This document shows, piece after piece, positions 39,232-48,019 of a DNA stretch of 54,469 bases. The notes beneath the pieces are model-generated. The model was not told where the DNA came from. It saw nothing but the letters and a program-made list of their open reading frames with translations, and ran no database searches. Source of the DNA: Nitrospinota bacterium (GTDB taxonomy: Bacteria > UBA8248). Numbering within the stretch: the first letter of the stretch is position 1; the number at the start of each line of letters is the position of its first letter. The stretch lies in contig JAYGFR010000108.1 in the NCBI GenBank assembly GCA_046581755.1, positions 1-54,469 on the forward strand. Reading direction: 5' to 3'. Position numbers and translations under genes: made by a program.

Positions 39232-39726
39232 GAGGGCGCTTTTTTTTTGGATGGGCGTCTTCTTTTCCGGCCCGGCGGGTTTCGGGTCCTCGGGCAGCAG
39301 TTTTCCCGCCTCGCGCATGGCCCGCTCTTTCGCCTTGGGGTCGAATCGGCATTTACAGAGCTTCCGGACATGGGCCACCAGGGCGCGAATTTCGGCCTGG
39401 GTGAACACGTTTCCCCAGGGCGGCATGATGGCGGACAAATCGTTCACCCCGCCCCCGTGCGTGATGGTGCGGACCATGTCCTCGTTCGAGAACTGAGCCA
39501 TGTCCTTCCCGTCGGTCAGGTTCCGGGGGTTGACGGGGAGCTTCGCCGCAGGACTGTTGTTCACCCCCTTGCCGTCCCCCCGGGGACCGTGGCACTGGAC
39601 GCAATACCACCTGAAATTGTCGATGGCCCGGGGCGGGGCCGGTTTCTCCGCGGCGGAAGCTTCCAGCGCGGCGCTCAGAACGAGGGCGGCGAGAGCGGCC
39701 CCTGCGGCGGTTTTGATCCTTGTCAT
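39228..39726 (-). CDS. monoheme c-type cytochrome (currently read in frame with the beta-propeller as a 498-aa ORF)
   Basis: Signal peptide, CVQCH, PRNLT, distal Met in MPPWG, C-terminal LCKC. Confidence 0.82.
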
Positions 39727-40556
39727 GGTTTTTCTTTGAAAGTGGAAATATAGGCGGCCAATCCGATGATGTCCTTCTCGCTCAATCGTGTAAACGCCTT
39801 GTCGCGGTAGATGGGCATCCGTCCGTTGGGATTATAGCGCGCCGGGTTCTTCAAGAAGGCGGCGATGAAATCGGGCCGGAGCCTGAGGCCCGCGTCGATG
39901 AGATGGGGGGCGCTGAAGCCGCCGAGCTGAATGGGCCGGCGGTAGACAGTCTTTCGGATCTTCACTTGGTGACAGGAGTAGCAGGGCTGTTTTTTCTGAA
40001 ATAGAATCCGAGCCTTCCGGAGCACACGCCTCGGAATTTTTTTCCACCTCGGAACGGTGCCCTTGGGCATTTTCGCGTCCCGAAAGCCTTCGAGATAAAC
40101 TCCCACGGCTTTCGCCTCCCCGGCTGGGAGGGCGGGATGCGGCGTCCGGCCCCGCTTCATCGTCCCGAACAGAACCCCCCGGAACGCCCTGGGGGCCGCC
40201 AGCCAACGCGCCAGATAACCGTGCCGGTACTTGCTCCCCGTATACCAGAGGGAAGGCCCCTTGATTTTTGCCCGCTCGGTGACGGGGATCTTTTTCTCGG
40301 GCCCGGTCAGGGCGTGGCATCCGCCGCAGTCCTTTTTTGAGAAGATCTCTTTTCCTGATGCCGGGGGAATGGCCTTCTTTTCGATGGCGGGGTGCTTTTC
40401 GGCGGCAGGTTGGGGCGATTTCGCGGCCGGAGCCCTTGGCGGCATCCCGGATTTGGCCTGCGCCGCAGCGGCGCTACCCGGCCTGGAGGTGAGGATAACC
40501 CCGGCCCCGGCAACGGCGAGGACGAATGCGATGGAAATAAGAACGGTCCGGGTCAA
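39723..40556 (-). CDS. diheme c-type cytochrome
   Basis: N-terminal hydrophobic segment, CGGCH + GPSLWYTGSK, CYSCH + APHL...RMP; 4-nt overlaps with both neighbours. Confidence 0.88.
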   Translation of the reverse strand: MTRTVLISIAFVLAVAGAGVILTSRPGSAAAAQAKSGMPPRAPAAKSPQPAAEKHPAIEKKAIPPASGKEIFSKKDCGGCHALTGPEKKIPVTERAKIKGPSLWYTGSKYRHGYLARWLAAPRAFRGVLFGTMKRGRTPHPALPAGEAKAVGVYLEGFRDAKMPKGTVPRWKKIPRRVLRKARILFQKKQPCYSCHQVKIRKTVYRRPIQLGGFSAPHLIDAGLRLRPDFIAAFLKNPARYNPNGRMPIYRDKAFTRLSEKDIIGLAAYISTFKEKP

Positions 40557-41650
40557 CGAGACGGCCTCGGTGCTTGGATTATGGGCGGACTGCCGTCGAG
40601 CGAATGGAGAAACGCGAGAAGGTCGCTTTTTTCCAATTTGGAGAATTTCAGCGGCTTCATGTCGGGGTCGAGATTCGGGTTCGCAAGACCGCCCCGATCG
40701 TAGTAGTCGATGACCTCTTCGAGGGTTTTCAGGCTTCCGTCGTGCATGTAGGGCATGGTCTTGGAGATGTCCCTGAGGGTGGGAGTCTTAAATTTTCCCC
40801 GGTCCCGGGCGCGCTTGGTGATTTTCTCGCGGCCCGGATGGGTCGGGCGGCCATCGAACCCCACACCCACGTTGTGAAACTTGTGGTCGGTGAAGGGCGC
40901 GCTGAACGAATCTACCAGATGGCACTTCACGCAGTTTCCCCTTCCCCGAAAGAGCTTGAATCCGCGTACGGCGGCCGGGGTGAGGGCGGCCTTGTCGCCG
41001 CCGAAGAACCACCGGTCGAAAAGGGAGTTTCCCGAAAGAATGGTCCGCTCGAAGGTGGCGATGGCCTTGACGACCCGGTCGAGGGTGATTTTTTCACTGC
41101 CGAAGACCCGCTGGAACGATTCGCGGTAGGAGGGCAGGGCACCGAGGGTTTTGGCGATGTGGGCTTCGGTGGCACCCATTTCGGCGGGGTGTTGAATTGG
41201 ACCCTTGGCCTGCTCTTCGAGGCTCTTGGCCCGCCCGTCCCAGAAATGGGTGTCGTTGTAGGCGGCGTTGATGATGGTGGGCGCGTTGCGCAGCCCGATG
41301 CGCCCGCCGATGCCGATGGCGTACTGGCGACCGTTGCTGAATCCGCGCTGGGGCATGTGGCATGAGGCGCAGGCGATCGTGCCGTCTCCAGAGATGCGTT
41401 TTTCGAAAAACAGCCTCCGGCCCAGATCCACCTTGGCCGGGGTCATTGGATTGTCCTCGGGGACGGGAACCTCATCCAGCCCGAGTGGAGGAGGAGGCGG
41501 AAACTCTACCCCGCTCCCGGCGGAGGCGGTGAATCCGCTTCCGGTGGATAGGGCAACGGTCATTCCACAGATCAGGGCCACCACGAAACGGCTCGTTCTG
41601 GACATCGGGGGCTTCCTCTGTGGGCGGTGCGAATCCATCGTCATCATCAC
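40553..41650 (-). CDS. diheme cytochrome c peroxidase superfamily protein, MauG-like
   Basis: P.DNP...KVDLGR.LF, CASCH, RNAPT, FWDGRA, CVKCH, FKTPTLR, PYMHDG...IDYY. Confidence 0.9.
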   Translation of the reverse strand: MMMTMDSHRPQRKPPMSRTSRFVVALICGMTVALSTGSGFTASAGSGVEFPPPPPLGLDEVPVPEDNPMTPAKVDLGRRLFFEKRISGDGTIACASCHMPQRGFSNGRQYAIGIGGRIGLRNAPTIINAAYNDTHFWDGRAKSLEEQAKGPIQHPAEMGATEAHIAKTLGALPSYRESFQRVFGSEKITLDRVVKAIATFERTILSGNSLFDRWFFGGDKAALTPAAVRGFKLFRGRGNCVKCHLVDSFSAPFTDHKFHNVGVGFDGRPTHPGREKITKRARDRGKFKTPTLRDISKTMPYMHDGSLKTLEEVIDYYDRGGLANPNLDPDMKPLKFSKLEKSDLLAFLHSLDGSPPIIQAPRPSR

Positions 41651-41671
41651 GATGCTCCGTGCGGATCTGGG

Positions 41672-42064
41672 CTACATCTTGTGCAGAAGTTCGATGTTGA
41701 TTCCCTCGGGGGATTCGATGAAGGCGATTTTTGTAGACGGATTGAATTGAGTGGGCTCCATCGTGAACTTCACCCCTTTTTCCTTGAGAGCGGCGCAAAA
41801 GGCGTCGAAATTCTGGCTAACCCGCAGGCCGAAGTGGTCGGTTCCGTACTGGAGCCCGCTCTTGTCCCCGGCGCTTTCTCCGGTGCGCTGGCCGCGGATG
41901 ATGACTGTGGCGCCATCGAAGGCGACGTGAATCTGGGGCGCTCCCTGAATCTCGTAGTTGTTCCCAATCTTTCCCCCCAGGATTTCGACAAACCACTGAG
42001 CGACCGCTTTGGGGTCCCGGCAGATGAGATGAACGTGGTCAAAAGTCAGGCCTGCACCGCTCAT
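41672..42064 (-). CDS. VOC (glyoxalase/bleomycin resistance) family protein
   Basis: FDHVHL, DHFGL, FIESPEG.NIEL; AGGAG RBS. Confidence 0.87.
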   Translation of the reverse strand: MSGAGLTFDHVHLICRDPKAVAQWFVEILGGKIGNNYEIQGAPQIHVAFDGATVIIRGQRTGESAGDKSGLQYGTDHFGLRVSQNFDAFCAALKEKGVKFTMEPTQFNPSTKIAFIESPEGINIELLHKM

Positions 42065-42082
42065 GGGGTCTCTCCTTATATT

Positions 42083-42733
42083 CTAACCGGCCCAGGTGAT
42101 GTCTCCGAACTCACCGGCTTTCGGGCGTCCCGCCGCCTCGAAGGCGGCCACTTCCTTTTGGCTGTCGGCAACCGTCGAGTTGGCGCCGTGCCCCGGATAG
42201 AGAACGGTCTCGCCAGGTAGTGCAAGCACCTTGTTTTTGATGGATTCGATGGATTGCACCAGTTGCTCGTGATTCCAGGTTTTTCCCGGCCCGCCGGGAA
42301 AAATGGTGTCTCCGCACACGCAATGGCCCGGATAGAAGAACATCAACATCCCCCTGCAGTGGCCCGGGGTGTGAATGGCCTTGAGCGAGATTTTCCCGAA
42401 GGAAATTTCGTCCCCGTCGTTGATCTCGAAATCAGGCCGGGTCCCAAACTCGCGGGCATCCTCGGGGTGTTGCCCCATGGGCGCTCCGGTGAGCTTGCGC
42501 ACCTCATCGAGTGCGTCGATGTGATCGCCGTGGCAGTGCGTCTGGAGGATATATTTGGGTTTTGCCCCCTCACAGAGGGCGAGAATGGGTTGGGCGGATT
42601 GAGAGGTGTCGATGATGACGCACTCTTTTGTTTCCTTGCAGGTGAGGACGTATACGTTATTGCTGTGGGGCCCGATATTGAGCTTTTGAAAGGTCATGCC
42701 GGGGAGATCTACCGTCTGATCGAATTCGCCCAT
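42083..42733 (-). CDS. MBL-fold metallo-hydrolase (glyoxalase II-like)
   Basis: THCHGDH, HTPGH, GDT, PGHG. Confidence 0.9.
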   Translation of the reverse strand: MGEFDQTVDLPGMTFQKLNIGPHSNNVYVLTCKETKECVIIDTSQSAQPILALCEGAKPKYILQTHCHGDHIDALDEVRKLTGAPMGQHPEDAREFGTRPDFEINDGDEISFGKISLKAIHTPGHCRGMLMFFYPGHCVCGDTIFPGGPGKTWNHEQLVQSIESIKNKVLALPGETVLYPGHGANSTVADSQKEVAAFEAAGRPKAGEFGDITWAG

Positions 42734-42862
42734 CGATTATCTCCATTCCGCGCTTCGGGCGGGCTAGTGCTCCATGATTCCGCTACTTCCCGTCTTCATC
42801 GAAATCCGTCAGAGTACACGAAGATTCTAATCGCACCGCGCCGGGAGGACAAGAGGACGAGC

Positions 42863-43534
42863 ATGGCCTCCGTATTCGTGAATATGGCGATCACTTTGGA
42901 CGGCAAGATCGCCGGCGCCTTCGGTGAGCGGGTCTCGCTGGGCTCCGAGGCCGACCGCAGGGAGATGGATCGGCTTCGTGCCCGGGCCGACGTCATCCTC
43001 TGGGGCGGGGAGACGCTTCGGAAGGCGCGCTGCCCGGCCCTGGTCCGGGATCCCGCCCTGATCGCCGCGCGCGAGGAGGAAGGACGCTCCCCCCAGCCGG
43101 CCAATGCAGTCCTCACCTCGTCCGGGCGGCTGCCCGGGTCCATGAGCTGGTTCGGGCCGGGCGCTCGGGCCAGGCTGATATTGACCCACGAGGGGGCGGC
43201 TGGGGAAGCGGAGGCGGCGGCCAGTGGCCGAGCGGAGGTGGCCGTCCTCGGCAAGGAGGAGGTCTCGGCTGCCGGAGTCGTGGACTATCTGGCCGGAAGG
43301 GGGTTCGATCGGATTCTGCTCGAGGGCGGGGGCGGGGTTCATTGGATGTTCGCCGAGGCGGGGCTCGTCGATGTATGGCATGTCACCCTGACCCCGGTCC
43401 TGGCCGGGGGGGCCGGGGCGCCCACCCTGCTGGACGGTCCGGGGTTTTCGGCGGACCGCTTTATGCGCCTGAATCTGGAGGAGGTGCGCCGCGAAGGCGG
43501 GGAGATTTTCCTGAAATACAGCGCCGTGAAATAA
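42863..43534 (+). CDS. RibD C-terminal (DHFR-fold) reductase domain protein
   Basis: NMAITLDGKIA, LRARAD, G.ET, LLEGGG, GLVD; GAGGA before ATG 42863. Confidence 0.85.
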   Translation: MASVFVNMAITLDGKIAGAFGERVSLGSEADRREMDRLRARADVILWGGETLRKARCPALVRDPALIAAREEEGRSPQPANAVLTSSGRLPGSMSWFGPGARARLILTHEGAAGEAEAAASGRAEVAVLGKEEVSAAGVVDYLAGRGFDRILLEGGGGVHWMFAEAGLVDVWHVTLTPVLAGGAGAPTLLDGPGFSADRFMRLNLEEVRREGGEIFLKYSAVK

Positions 43535-43653
43535 GGGCGAGGTCTCCAAGCGCCCGCCGCCCGTTGAACGCGCCGAATTCGTATGATAGCTATACACCTA
43601 TCGAGAAACGGATGATCCGCATCCAGGAGGGATGATTCCCGGGAGGAAGGGCT

Positions 43654-44622
43654 GTGGCCAAAAAGGCTAAATCGCTTTCCAAAAAACGCCTTCACGAAAT
43701 GTACCACGATATGCTCCGCATCCGGCGTTTTGAGGAAAAAGCGGACGAGTTGTTCATGGCGGGCCTGATCAAAGGGGCCGTCCATGTGAGCATCGGCCAG
43801 GAGGCTTGCTCGGTCGGCGTATGCAGCGCCCTAGACAGGGCCGATGCCATCCTGACCACCCACCGGGGACATGGGCACTCCATCGCCAAGGGGACCCGGC
43901 TCAACGAGATGATGGCCGAGCTTCTGGGCCGCTCAACCGGGCTCTGCCGCGCCAAGGGGGGCTCGATGCATATCGCCGACATATCGGTTGGCCACTACGG
44001 GGCGCATTCGATCGTCGGGGCCAACATGCCCATGGCCGCCGGAATGGGCCTGGCCTACCAGCTTGAGGCCAAGGGACAGGTGGCAGTTGTGTTCTTCGGC
44101 GACGGGGCCTCGAATCAGGGCAGCTTCCACGAGTCGATGAACCTGTGCGCAATCTGGAAGCTCCCGGTGATTTTCTTTTGCGAGAACAACGGCTACGCCG
44201 TAAGCTTCGGCGTAGGACGCTCGACCGCCGTCGAGGACATATCCACCCGCGCCCAGGGCTACAATGCGCCCGGCGTGACCATCGACGGGATGGACGTGGT
44301 GGCCGTGTACGAAGCGTCGCGCGAGGCCGTCGAGCGCGCCCGCAAGGGCGGCGGCCCATCCCTGATCGAGGCCAAAACCTACCGCTATTTCGGCCATTCG
44401 CGCGGAGACCCTCAATTCGGTCCCTACCGCACCGAACAAGAGGTAAAAAAGTGGAGGAAGCGCGATCCGCTGCTCCTGGCCGAAAAGCTGCTCAAGATGA
44501 CCAAGGCCGAAAAAGAGGCCCATCAAAAGACGGCGGCCGAGGAGCTGGAGGCCGCGTCCAAGTTTGCCGAGAACAGCCCGAAGGCCACCCTCGAATCGGC
44601 TCTCGATGACGTGTACGCCTGA
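43654..44622 (+). CDS. TPP-dependent dehydrogenase E1 alpha subunit (PdhA/AcoA-like)
   Basis: IRRFEE, GQEA, HRGHGH, GGSMH, GDGASNQG...ENN, TYRYFGHS. Confidence 0.92.
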   Translation: MAKKAKSLSKKRLHEMYHDMLRIRRFEEKADELFMAGLIKGAVHVSIGQEACSVGVCSALDRADAILTTHRGHGHSIAKGTRLNEMMAELLGRSTGLCRAKGGSMHIADISVGHYGAHSIVGANMPMAAGMGLAYQLEAKGQVAVVFFGDGASNQGSFHESMNLCAIWKLPVIFFCENNGYAVSFGVGRSTAVEDISTRAQGYNAPGVTIDGMDVVAVYEASREAVERARKGGGPSLIEAKTYRYFGHSRGDPQFGPYRTEQEVKKWRKRDPLLLAEKLLKMTKAEKEAHQKTAAEELEAASKFAENSPKATLESALDDVYA

Positions 44623-44640
44623 CCGGCTGGAGAGGAATCG

Positions 44641-45621
44641 ATGCGCGAAATTAATTATGTGGAGGCGCTGAACGAAGCGCTCCACGAAGAGATGGAAAAC
44701 GATAAAAAAGTGATCGTCCTGGGCGAGGATGTCGAGCTCGCCTACGTCTTCGGGGTCACCAAGGGGCTCAAGGACAAATTCGGCGGGGCCCGCGTGCGCG
44801 ACACCCCGATCAGCGAGCTGGGCTTCGTGGGCGCCGCCGTGGGCGCGGCCATGGCCGGCTACCGCCCGGTGGTCGAAATCATGTTCATGGACTTCATCAT
44901 GCTGGCCATGGACCCGCTCGTGAACCAGGCGGCCAAGCTACGCTACATGGTGGGCGGCCAGCTCAGCATTCCGTTGGTCGTGCGCACCCCGGGCGGCGGC
45001 GGCGTGCAGTACGGTCCAACCCACAGCCAGGTATTGGAGGCCTGGTTCATGCAGGTGCCCGGCCTGAAGGTGGCCTGTCCGAGCGACCCGGCCGATGCCA
45101 AGGGCCTGCTCAAGACCGCCATCCGTGACGATAACCCGGTGTTCTTTTGCGAACACAAGATGCTCTACAAGACCCGGGGGCCCGTCCCCGAGGGCGAGCA
45201 TATCGTTCCCTTCGGCCAGGCGGCCGTCAAGCGCGAGGGCAGCGACATCACCCTCATCGGCATCGGCTACCAGGTGCTAAATTGCCTGCACGCGGCCGAG
45301 ACGCTCGCGGCCGAGGGCATCAGCGCCGAGGTCGTCGATCCCCGTACAATTGCCCCGCTCGATACGGCGACGCTGGCCGAATCCGTCCGTAAGACGAACC
45401 GTTGCGTCGTCGTCGAAGAGGGCCACCTCAGAAGCGGGGTGGGCGCTGAAATTTCCGCCGCCATTCAAGAGGAAGCCTTCGACTATTTGGACGCCCCGGT
45501 CGGGCGGGTGGCGGCGCTCAACGCGCCGATCCCCTTTGAGCCCGCGCTGGAGGATTTCGTCCTCCCGAACGCGGCCAACGTCGTCGAGATGGCGAAAAAG
45601 ACTCTCGGCGTCATCGCCTGA
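44641..45621 (+). CDS. TPP-dependent dehydrogenase E1 beta subunit (PdhB/AcoB-like)
   Basis: GEDV, DTPISE, VEIMFMDF, HSQ, DNPVFFCEHK, DPRTIAPLD. Confidence 0.92.
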   Translation: MREINYVEALNEALHEEMENDKKVIVLGEDVELAYVFGVTKGLKDKFGGARVRDTPISELGFVGAAVGAAMAGYRPVVEIMFMDFIMLAMDPLVNQAAKLRYMVGGQLSIPLVVRTPGGGGVQYGPTHSQVLEAWFMQVPGLKVACPSDPADAKGLLKTAIRDDNPVFFCEHKMLYKTRGPVPEGEHIVPFGQAAVKREGSDITLIGIGYQVLNCLHAAETLAAEGISAEVVDPRTIAPLDTATLAESVRKTNRCVVVEEGHLRSGVGAEISAAIQEEAFDYLDAPVGRVAALNAPIPFEPALEDFVLPNAANVVEMAKKTLGVIA

Positions 45622-45640
45622 TCCGAACAGCGATTTATCC

Positions 45641-45693
45641 GGGGCGGGGCCATGCGCCCCGCCCTTTTTGTTTGACCCGCCCTTTTTGTTTGA
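45641..45693 (+). terminator. intrinsic terminator with duplicated 3' arm and T-tract
   Basis: GGGCGGGGC-CATGC-GCCCCGCCC-TTTTT; CCCGCCCTTTTTGTTTGA tandemly repeated (45658-45675, 45676-45693). Confidence 0.7.
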
Positions 45694-45714
45694 AAAAGCC
45701 GGTAAGGAGCGATC

Positions 45715-46158
45715 ATGGGACTGGTCGAGATCAATCACACGAGTTTCACGGTGGCGGACGTGGAGGCCGCGGCGAAATGGTATTGCGATCACCTGGGTTT
45801 CGAGGTGATGAGCGACATGCATCGCCCGGCCGAATACTGCGAGGCCGTGACCGGCATCCCCGGCGCCGCCCTTCATATCATCTACGTCCGGGGGGGCGGC
45901 TATCCCATCGAACTGATCGAGTACATCGCCTCGAAAGGCGTCAAGATCGACACCGCCACCAACAACGTCGGCAGCGCCCACGTCGCCTACAATGTCGAGA
46001 ATCTGGAGGAGATGTATGCCGGCCTCACAGCCAAGGGCGTCAAAGTTCTCTCCCCTCCCGTTCCCATCACCCAGGGGGCGAACAAGGGAGGCCTCGTCGT
46101 CTACCTCGAAGACCTAGACGGCAATACCCTCGAATTTATCGAGCGGCCGAAGGGGTAG
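45715..46158 (+). CDS. VOC family protein
   Basis: INHTSFTV, IELIEY, HVAY.V, YLED.DGN.LEF; AAGGAG RBS. Confidence 0.88.
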   Translation: MGLVEINHTSFTVADVEAAAKWYCDHLGFEVMSDMHRPAEYCEAVTGIPGAALHIIYVRGGGYPIELIEYIASKGVKIDTATNNVGSAHVAYNVENLEEMYAGLTAKGVKVLSPPVPITQGANKGGLVVYLEDLDGNTLEFIERPKG

Positions 46159-46171
46159 GATTGGGTTATCC

Positions 46172-46210
46172 AACGAAAGCCCTCCCGGCAATCGGGAGGG
46201 CTTTCGTTTT
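46172..46210. terminator. intrinsic terminator (likely bidirectional)
   Basis: AACGAAAGCCCTCCCG-GCAAT-CGGGAGGGCTTTCGTT-TT. Confidence 0.8.
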
Positions 46211-46248
46211 CGCTAGGGGCGGGTGGGGGGCTTTGATGCGGCTGGCCG

Positions 46249-46401
46249 CTAGACGGATATGGTATCCCCTGGCTTCATGACGGTGACCTCGGTACCCGGG
46301 AACCGCTTGGAGACTGCGGCGGCGAATTCCTCGGGCTTGCCGGGCAGGCCGGGTATGATCGAATGATGGACGGGGACGATCCGCTTCGCGCCCATTTCCA
46401 T
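46249..46401 (-). pseudogene. C-terminal remnant of a UPF0173-like MBL-fold metal-dependent hydrolase
   Basis: Manual translation MEMGAKRIVPVHHSIIPGLPGKPEEFAAAVSKRFPGTEVTVMKPGDTISV resembles the family tail (IP.H...PEEF...KPGE); not in the ORF track. Confidence 0.55.
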
Positions 46402-46660
46402 CTCCTCGATGATTTGGCGGAAAAAGCCCAGGACACCTGCTACGAAGGGCGATATGCCCTCTCGCCGGGGGGGATTCCCCCGCCAGGTTCATAATAAATT
46501 TGGAGAAGAGAACCTACCCAATCCCTCCGAGGGGTGCCAATTTTCTCTTTCGGCTGGCGGGTATGCGGGCGCACGGAAAATTTCATATGATAGCGGCGAG
46601 GGACGAGGAACTCGGCATCCTGCCGCCGGACGGACTCCTTTCGAGGGAATGTCTAAGGTC

Positions 46661-48019
46661 ATGAAAAAACGCCAGAAATGGTTTCTGTTGTCCGCCGTGG
46701 TTGTACTTGCCGGAGGCGGGACCTTGACTGCTCGCCTCGTGCGGAATCCGAGGGAGGCGGTGCGGGCCATACCGGTGGACAGGGGCCGGATCGTGCGCAC
46801 GATTCGGCTGGAGAAGAAAGAGAAAAATATCCTGATCAGCGCCTATGGAAACGTCCGGCCCCGGAACGAGGTCAAGGTGGTGGCCGAAGTCTCGGGCCGG
46901 GTCATCCACCGCTCGGACGGATTCCGGAACGGCGGATTCGTCAAGAAGGGCGACACGCTGTTCGAGATCAACCCGGTGGATTCCAAGCTCGCCGTCGTCC
47001 GGCGGCGGGCAGAGATTGCCCAGTTCAGAGCCGATATCGGAAAGCTGCTCCAGGAGGAGATAAACTACAGGGCCGATCTGGCCATCGCCAGGCGCCATCT
47101 GGGCGTCGTTCAGGGGGAGTTGAGGCGAAACCAGCGGCTCGGGAAGCAAAACGTCATCTCGGCCAGAAAAATCGACATTTCACGCCAGGCCGTTCTCCGG
47201 CAGGAGCGCGAGGTCCAGCGCATCCGCAACCTCCTGGCGCTGGCCGCCCCGAACCTCGACCAGAAAAAGGCCGCCCTCGATGTGACCCGCGCCCGGCTGG
47301 AGGAGGCGAACCTGAATCTGATCCGGACCCGGATCGTCGCTCCGTTCGACGCTCGGGTCCGAAATACGAATCTCGCGGTCGGAAATTATATTCGGGAAGG
47401 AAACACCGTCGGCACAATTTACGACCCTGCGGTGCTCGAGGTTCCCGTCTCCATTCCCGTCGAGGAAGCCAGGTGGGCTTTCCGGAGAACCGGAGCCGCC
47501 CGGTTCCCCAAAACCCAGGACGAGGTTCAGCAGTATTTCCCCCGCGCCAAGATTTACTGGAGCCGCTTCGGCCAAAGATTCGAATGGGCCGGTCGGGTGA
47601 CCCTGGTGGGAGCCGGGCTCGATGAGGCCACGCGGGCGTTCACCTTGGTCATCGAGGTTCCCGAGCCGACGAAGAAATGGACGCCCGGCTACCATCCCCC
47701 GCTCACCGTCGGCATGTTCGTCACGGTGGGCATCGAGGGCGTGACCCTGCCGGATGTCTATACGATTCCCCGCTCTGCCCTTCATCCGGGGGACAAAATC
47801 TACCTCATCCAGGACGGCGCGCTGGATATCCGCACCGTCCAGGTCATCCGCAAGGGGCAGGACGAGGTGGTCTTCCGGAACGGTGCGAGGGATGGCGACC
47901 GCCTCATCCTCTCGGCCATCCCTGCGGCGGTTCGGGGGATGAAGCTCCGTCCGGCCAAGGAGGACGCCGACGGCGCGGTCCAAAAGCATGCCCGGCGCGC
48001 TAAGGGCGTTTTGCCTTGA
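46661..48019 (+). CDS. RND efflux membrane fusion protein
   Basis: N-terminal TM, YGNVRP, EVSGRV, long coiled coil, RTRIVAPFD, IPRSAL; start approximate. Confidence 0.88.
   Translation: MKKRQKWFLLSAVVVLAGGGTLTARLVRNPREAVRAIPVDRGRIVRTIRLEKKEKNILISAYGNVRPRNEVKVVAEVSGRVIHRSDGFRNGGFVKKGDTLFEINPVDSKLAVVRRRAEIAQFRADIGKLLQEEINYRADLAIARRHLGVVQGELRRNQRLGKQNVISARKIDISRQAVLRQEREVQRIRNLLALAAPNLDQKKAALDVTRARLEEANLNLIRTRIVAPFDARVRNTNLAVGNYIREGNTVGTIYDPAVLEVPVSIPVEEARWAFRRTGAARFPKTQDEVQQYFPRAKIYWSRFGQRFEWAGRVTLVGAGLDEATRAFTLVIEVPEPTKKWTPGYHPPLTVGMFVTVGIEGVTLPDVYTIPRSALHPGDKIYLIQDGALDIRTVQVIRKGQDEVVFRNGARDGDRLILSAIPAAVRGMKLRPAKEDADGAVQKHARRAKGVLP

Noticed and set aside
38230..39726. Cytochrome cd1 nitrite reductase (nirS/nirN)
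   Set aside because: Propeller is a ~7-repeat YVTN type with its own internal signal peptide; no heme d1 biosynthesis genes; fusion depends on one base in an A9 run
40553..41650. Assigning the symbol mauG or ccpA
   Set aside because: No methylamine dehydrogenase genes nearby and no Met distal ligand; family-level call only
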